Program-made: the position numbers and the translations under genes
Notes under the pieces: generated by a model
The model's input: the letters and a program-made list of their open reading frames with translations, nothing else
Told to the model about the DNA's origin: nothing
The model's database searches: none
In this document: positions 60,978 through 64,000 of the stretch, piece after piece
How positions within the stretch are numbered: position 1 is the first letter of the stretch
How the letters are laid out: each line of letters begins with the position of its first letter
Assembly (NCBI GenBank): GCA_024636445.1
Contig: JAGXHE010000088.1
Location: forward strand, 790-64,789
DNA: 64,000 nucleotides
Origin: Sulfitobacter sp.
Lineage (GTDB): Bacteria; Pseudomonadota; Alphaproteobacteria; Rhodobacterales; Rhodobacteraceae
Reading direction: 5' to 3'

Positions 60978-61230
60978 TGGATGGTCCGTTTGTTGAACGT
61001 CGCGGGGCACGCGTAGATTACCTCGTCATGGCAAACCCCCATCCTTGCCCAAGGTTCCCAAAGTAGGTTTTTGTGATTTGCGCCGCACACAGGCCGACAC
61101 ACATACCGGTTGAATTTAAATGCGATGACGATACTTAATGCGAGACTTATTGCGAGGCACGCCAGAAGCCACAAGCGGCGGTGGTCGATACCGGAACATG
61201 GGACTGACGTTCCGAATAGAAGATTGAAAT

Positions 61231-61962
61231 ATGCCAGACCCGACCTCTCCCCCCACCATCGACTGCAATGACCACGCGTTTTACCTTGATCTGGATGGGA
61301 CGCTGGCCGAGATCGTCGCGCGCCCCGAGCAGGCGATGATTTCCGGGGGGATGCGGGATCTGGTCGGTCAACTTGTCGCGCAGACGCAAGGTGCCGTGGC
61401 GATCGTGTCGGGACGGTCGCTGGCGGATATCGACCGGTTGTTGCAGCCGCTGTCGCTGCCCGCTGCGGGATCACACGGGCAGGAGCTGCGCGGCATAGCA
61501 GATGCAGACCAGATCGAGGCATGTGCGAGTGTCGACGCCTGTGTGGTGGCGCAGATCACAGATTTTGCAGCGCAAACGGGTCTGCTGGCCGAGCAAAAGC
61601 CGGGATCGGTCGCATTGCACTATCGCTCGGCCCCCGAGCGCGAGGCGGAAAGCCGGGCGCTGATCGACAGGCTTGTGTCCGGCGATGACCGCTACCGCGC
61701 GGTGCATGGCAAGATGGTCAGCGAGTTGGCCCAGCGCGCCCACGACAAGGGCACCGCCATCGCCGCCTTTTCGAACGCAGCGCCCTTTGCAGGGCGGGTG
61801 CCGGTGATGGTCGGCGACGACGTGACCGACGAGGACGGCTTTCGCACCGCGCGCGAATTGGGCGGCATCGCGATCAAGATCGGTGAGGGACCAACGGACG
61901 CCAGCCACAGATTGGCGTCTATCGCCGCGTTCTCTGACTGGCTGACCGAAATATTGCGGTGA
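61231..61962 (+). CDS. otsB: Trehalose-phosphatase (HAD family)
   Basis: 243 aa. DLDGTL and SGRS motifs and a C-terminal GDD.TDE motif are present. Confidence 0.9.
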   Translation: MPDPTSPPTIDCNDHAFYLDLDGTLAEIVARPEQAMISGGMRDLVGQLVAQTQGAVAIVSGRSLADIDRLLQPLSLPAAGSHGQELRGIADADQIEACASVDACVVAQITDFAAQTGLLAEQKPGSVALHYRSAPEREAESRALIDRLVSGDDRYRAVHGKMVSELAQRAHDKGTAIAAFSNAAPFAGRVPVMVGDDVTDEDGFRTARELGGIAIKIGEGPTDASHRLASIAAFSDWLTEILR

Positions 61963-61990
61963 CGGAAAATACTGGACGAAAGAGGCTGAC

Positions 61991-63766
61991 ATGGACTTTG
62001 GCGTAATCGGGAACTGCGCGGTGGCGGCCTTGGTCGATCCCGACGGGTCGATCTGCTGGTACTGCTTGCCCAGAATGGACGGCGACCCGGTGTTCCACGC
62101 CCTGCTTGGCCACGGAGCCGGGGAAGAGGGCGATGGTGCCTTTGCCGTTGAACTGGCCGATCAGACCGACAGCGAACAGTTCTACGAGCCGAACACGGCC
62201 ATCCTGAAAACCATTTTGCGCAGCCCGAAAGGATCGGTGGAAATCACGGATTTCTGCCCACGCTTTGCCGACCGGGGGCGCAGTTTTCGGCCTCAGACGC
62301 TGATCCGCAAGGTGCGCAGGATAGACGGGTTGCCGCGTGTGCGATTTCGGATACGGCCCAGGTTCAACTGGAGTGAATTTGACCCGGTTCTCACGCGCGG
62401 TTCCAACCATGTGCGCTTTGTCGGGCCTTCGCAAATCCTGCGTCTGACAACCGATGCGCCACTGGATCATGTGTTGGACGAACGGCTGATCAACCTCGAA
62501 AACGAGGTGACCTTTGTTCTGGGGCCAGACGAGACACTCTCGGAAAGCGCCTCCGAGATCGGCACCTCGTTCTACAACAAGACCCTGCGCTATTGGCAGC
62601 AGTGGTCGCAGCGGCTGGCGGTGCCGTTTGAATGGCAAGACGCGGTGATCCGCGCGGCGATCACTCTCAAGCTGTGCAGTTATGAGCCGACCGGCGGCAT
62701 CATTGCGGCAATGACCACATCGCTGCCCGAAGCGCCCGACAGCGGGCGAAACTGGGACTATCGCTATTGCTGGGTGCGCGATGCGTTCTTCACCGTGCGG
62801 GCGCTGAACAGTCTGGCCGCTACCCGGTCGCTCGAACATTATTTCGAGTGGCTGATGAATGCGGTGGCCGATGCCAAAGGCGGGCATATCCAGCCCGTGC
62901 TGGGAGTGGGTCTGGAAACTGACCTGGCCGAGCGCACCTCGCAGTTCCTGCAAGGCTACAAGGGCATGGGTCCGGTGCGGATCGGAAATCAGGCGCATGA
63001 GCATTTCCAGCATGACACCTATGGCAACATCATCCTTGGTGCGGCCCCGGCGTTTTTCGACCGCAGGCTGTCGCTGCACACTGGCGTCACCGCGTTCGAA
63101 AGCCTTGAGCCGCTGGGCGAAAAGGCGTGGCTGTTGCACGATCAGCCCGACGCCGGCATCTGGGAGCTGCGCACGCGGTCGCGCATCCATACATCGTCGT
63201 CGCTGATGTGCTGGGCGGCCTGTGACCGTCTGGGCAAGATCGCCCACCATCTGGGGCTGTCTGAGAAGGGCTGTCAGTGGGCGGACCGCGCGACGATCAT
63301 TCGCGACAAGATCCTTGAGAATACCTGGTCGGAGAAACGCAATGCTTTCGTCGAGAGCTTTGGTGGCGAAACGCTGGACGCCAGCGTTCTGCTGATGGGC
63401 GAGGTCGGGTTTCTGCCCGCTGACGATCCGAGATTTGTGGCCACGGTCGAAACCCTTACGCAGGTGCTGGGGCGCGGACCCTACATGCTGCGCTATGAAG
63501 AGGCGGATGATTTCGGCGTGCCCGAAGTCGGCTTCAACGTCTGTGCCTTCTGGCGCATCGACGCGCTGGCCCGCATCGGGCGGATGGATGAGGCCCGCGT
63601 GTTGTTCGAGCAGATGCTGGAGGCGCGCAATGTGCTGGGTCTGATGTCCGAAGACACCTCTTTTGCCAACGGCGAGGGCTGGGGAAACTTCCCGCAGACC
63701 TACTCGATGGTCGGCATCATCAACGGCGCCATGCGCCTGTCGCGCCGGTGGGAAGCCGAGCTTTAG
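61991..63766 (+). CDS. Glycoside hydrolase family 15 (glucoamylase/trehalase-like)
   Basis: 591 aa. NWDYRYCWVRDA and TSSSLMCWAA motifs are typical of bacterial GH15. It follows otsB after a 28-nt gap. Confidence 0.9.
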   Translation: MDFGVIGNCAVAALVDPDGSICWYCLPRMDGDPVFHALLGHGAGEEGDGAFAVELADQTDSEQFYEPNTAILKTILRSPKGSVEITDFCPRFADRGRSFRPQTLIRKVRRIDGLPRVRFRIRPRFNWSEFDPVLTRGSNHVRFVGPSQILRLTTDAPLDHVLDERLINLENEVTFVLGPDETLSESASEIGTSFYNKTLRYWQQWSQRLAVPFEWQDAVIRAAITLKLCSYEPTGGIIAAMTTSLPEAPDSGRNWDYRYCWVRDAFFTVRALNSLAATRSLEHYFEWLMNAVADAKGGHIQPVLGVGLETDLAERTSQFLQGYKGMGPVRIGNQAHEHFQHDTYGNIILGAAPAFFDRRLSLHTGVTAFESLEPLGEKAWLLHDQPDAGIWELRTRSRIHTSSSLMCWAACDRLGKIAHHLGLSEKGCQWADRATIIRDKILENTWSEKRNAFVESFGGETLDASVLLMGEVGFLPADDPRFVATVETLTQVLGRGPYMLRYEEADDFGVPEVGFNVCAFWRIDALARIGRMDEARVLFEQMLEARNVLGLMSEDTSFANGEGWGNFPQTYSMVGIINGAMRLSRRWEAEL

Positions 63767-63931
63767 GCCGTGTTTCGTGCAAGTCGCTTGGAGAGCGGCC
63801 TTGCGCAAGCTCGGTAGTGACCTTAGGGCACGGCGCTGCAACGCCGGGTTTTCGCGTACTCACACTTATTGTGAACAAAACCGTTTCGCGATGCGTTTGA
63901 TCCACAACGATGGACAACGCTGGAGCGCGGC

Positions 63932-64000
63932 ATGCAGACGAAGCTGACGATAAATGGCACCGATCATGATCTGGATCATGACTCACGCACGACCCTTCTG
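63932..64000 (+). CDS. (2Fe-2S)-binding small subunit of a molybdopterin hydroxylase (3' end outside window)
   Basis: Only 23 codons are visible (MQTKLTINGTDHDLDHDSRTTLL). The pattern resembles the N-terminus of CoxS/IorA-type subunits. Confidence 0.45.
   Translation, partial: MQTKLTINGTDHDLDHDSRTTLL

Noticed and set aside
61193-61213. GGAAC...CGTT upstream of otsB as a second EcfG promoter
   Set aside because: The spacing is only 10 nt, whereas 16-17 nt are required. The sequence is better described as a GGAAC-N11-GTTCC inverted repeat of unknown meaning.
61919-63841. 640-aa minus-strand ORF
   Set aside because: It is antisense to the GH15 gene. It is Arg/Gln/His-rich and has no motifs.

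Overview
GC-rich alphaproteobacterial chromosomal segment. Gene content and order look Rhodobacteraceae-like, but that is an inference, not a search result. It is densely coding on both strands. I saw no rRNA, tRNA, CRISPR array, transposase, integrase or prophage genes.

Positions 1-53.6 kb are mostly housekeeping. They include a partial olsB-like gene, two ABC-F ATPases, tyrS, anmK, eno, a Fur/Irr-like regulator, rhlE, selO, a nucleoside hydrolase, mazG, an M20 amidohydrolase coupled to an agmatinase-family enzyme, and prfA-prmC. They also include the conserved string rsmA-pdxA-surA-lptD-lptG-lptF divergent from pepA-holC, plus ndk. A complete low-oxygen respiration block follows: ccoNOQP, ccoGHIS, a usp gene, fnrL and hemN. 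This block carries four FNR/FixK-type boxes, three of them strong matches to TTGAT-N4-ATCAA.

Positions 53.6-63.8 kb look more accessory and stress-oriented. They hold a 6-TM K+ channel with a C-terminal zinc ribbon, a truncated Ku relic, and yihY. Next comes a tightly coupled operon of uncharacterised membrane stress proteins (DUF3618 type, holin-X type, an anchored helical protein and a 22-codon peptide) behind an EcfG-like promoter motif. The patch also contains otsA, a frameshifted topoisomerase IB, otsB and a GH15 glycosidase.

Other points of note:
- A bacterial NYN+LOTUS protein lies near the DEAD-box helicase.
- An orphan 7TM sensor kinase sits next to a secreted glycine-repeat protein.
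- Three short genes fall below the ORF-track cutoff (ccoS, pmp3/yqaE, the 22-aa peptide).
- There are several unexplained intergenic repeats and palindromes.

I found no compelling evidence for a wholly new multi-gene system. The stress operon and its surroundings are the best candidate. All family assignments come from motif and sequence recognition by eye, not from database searches.
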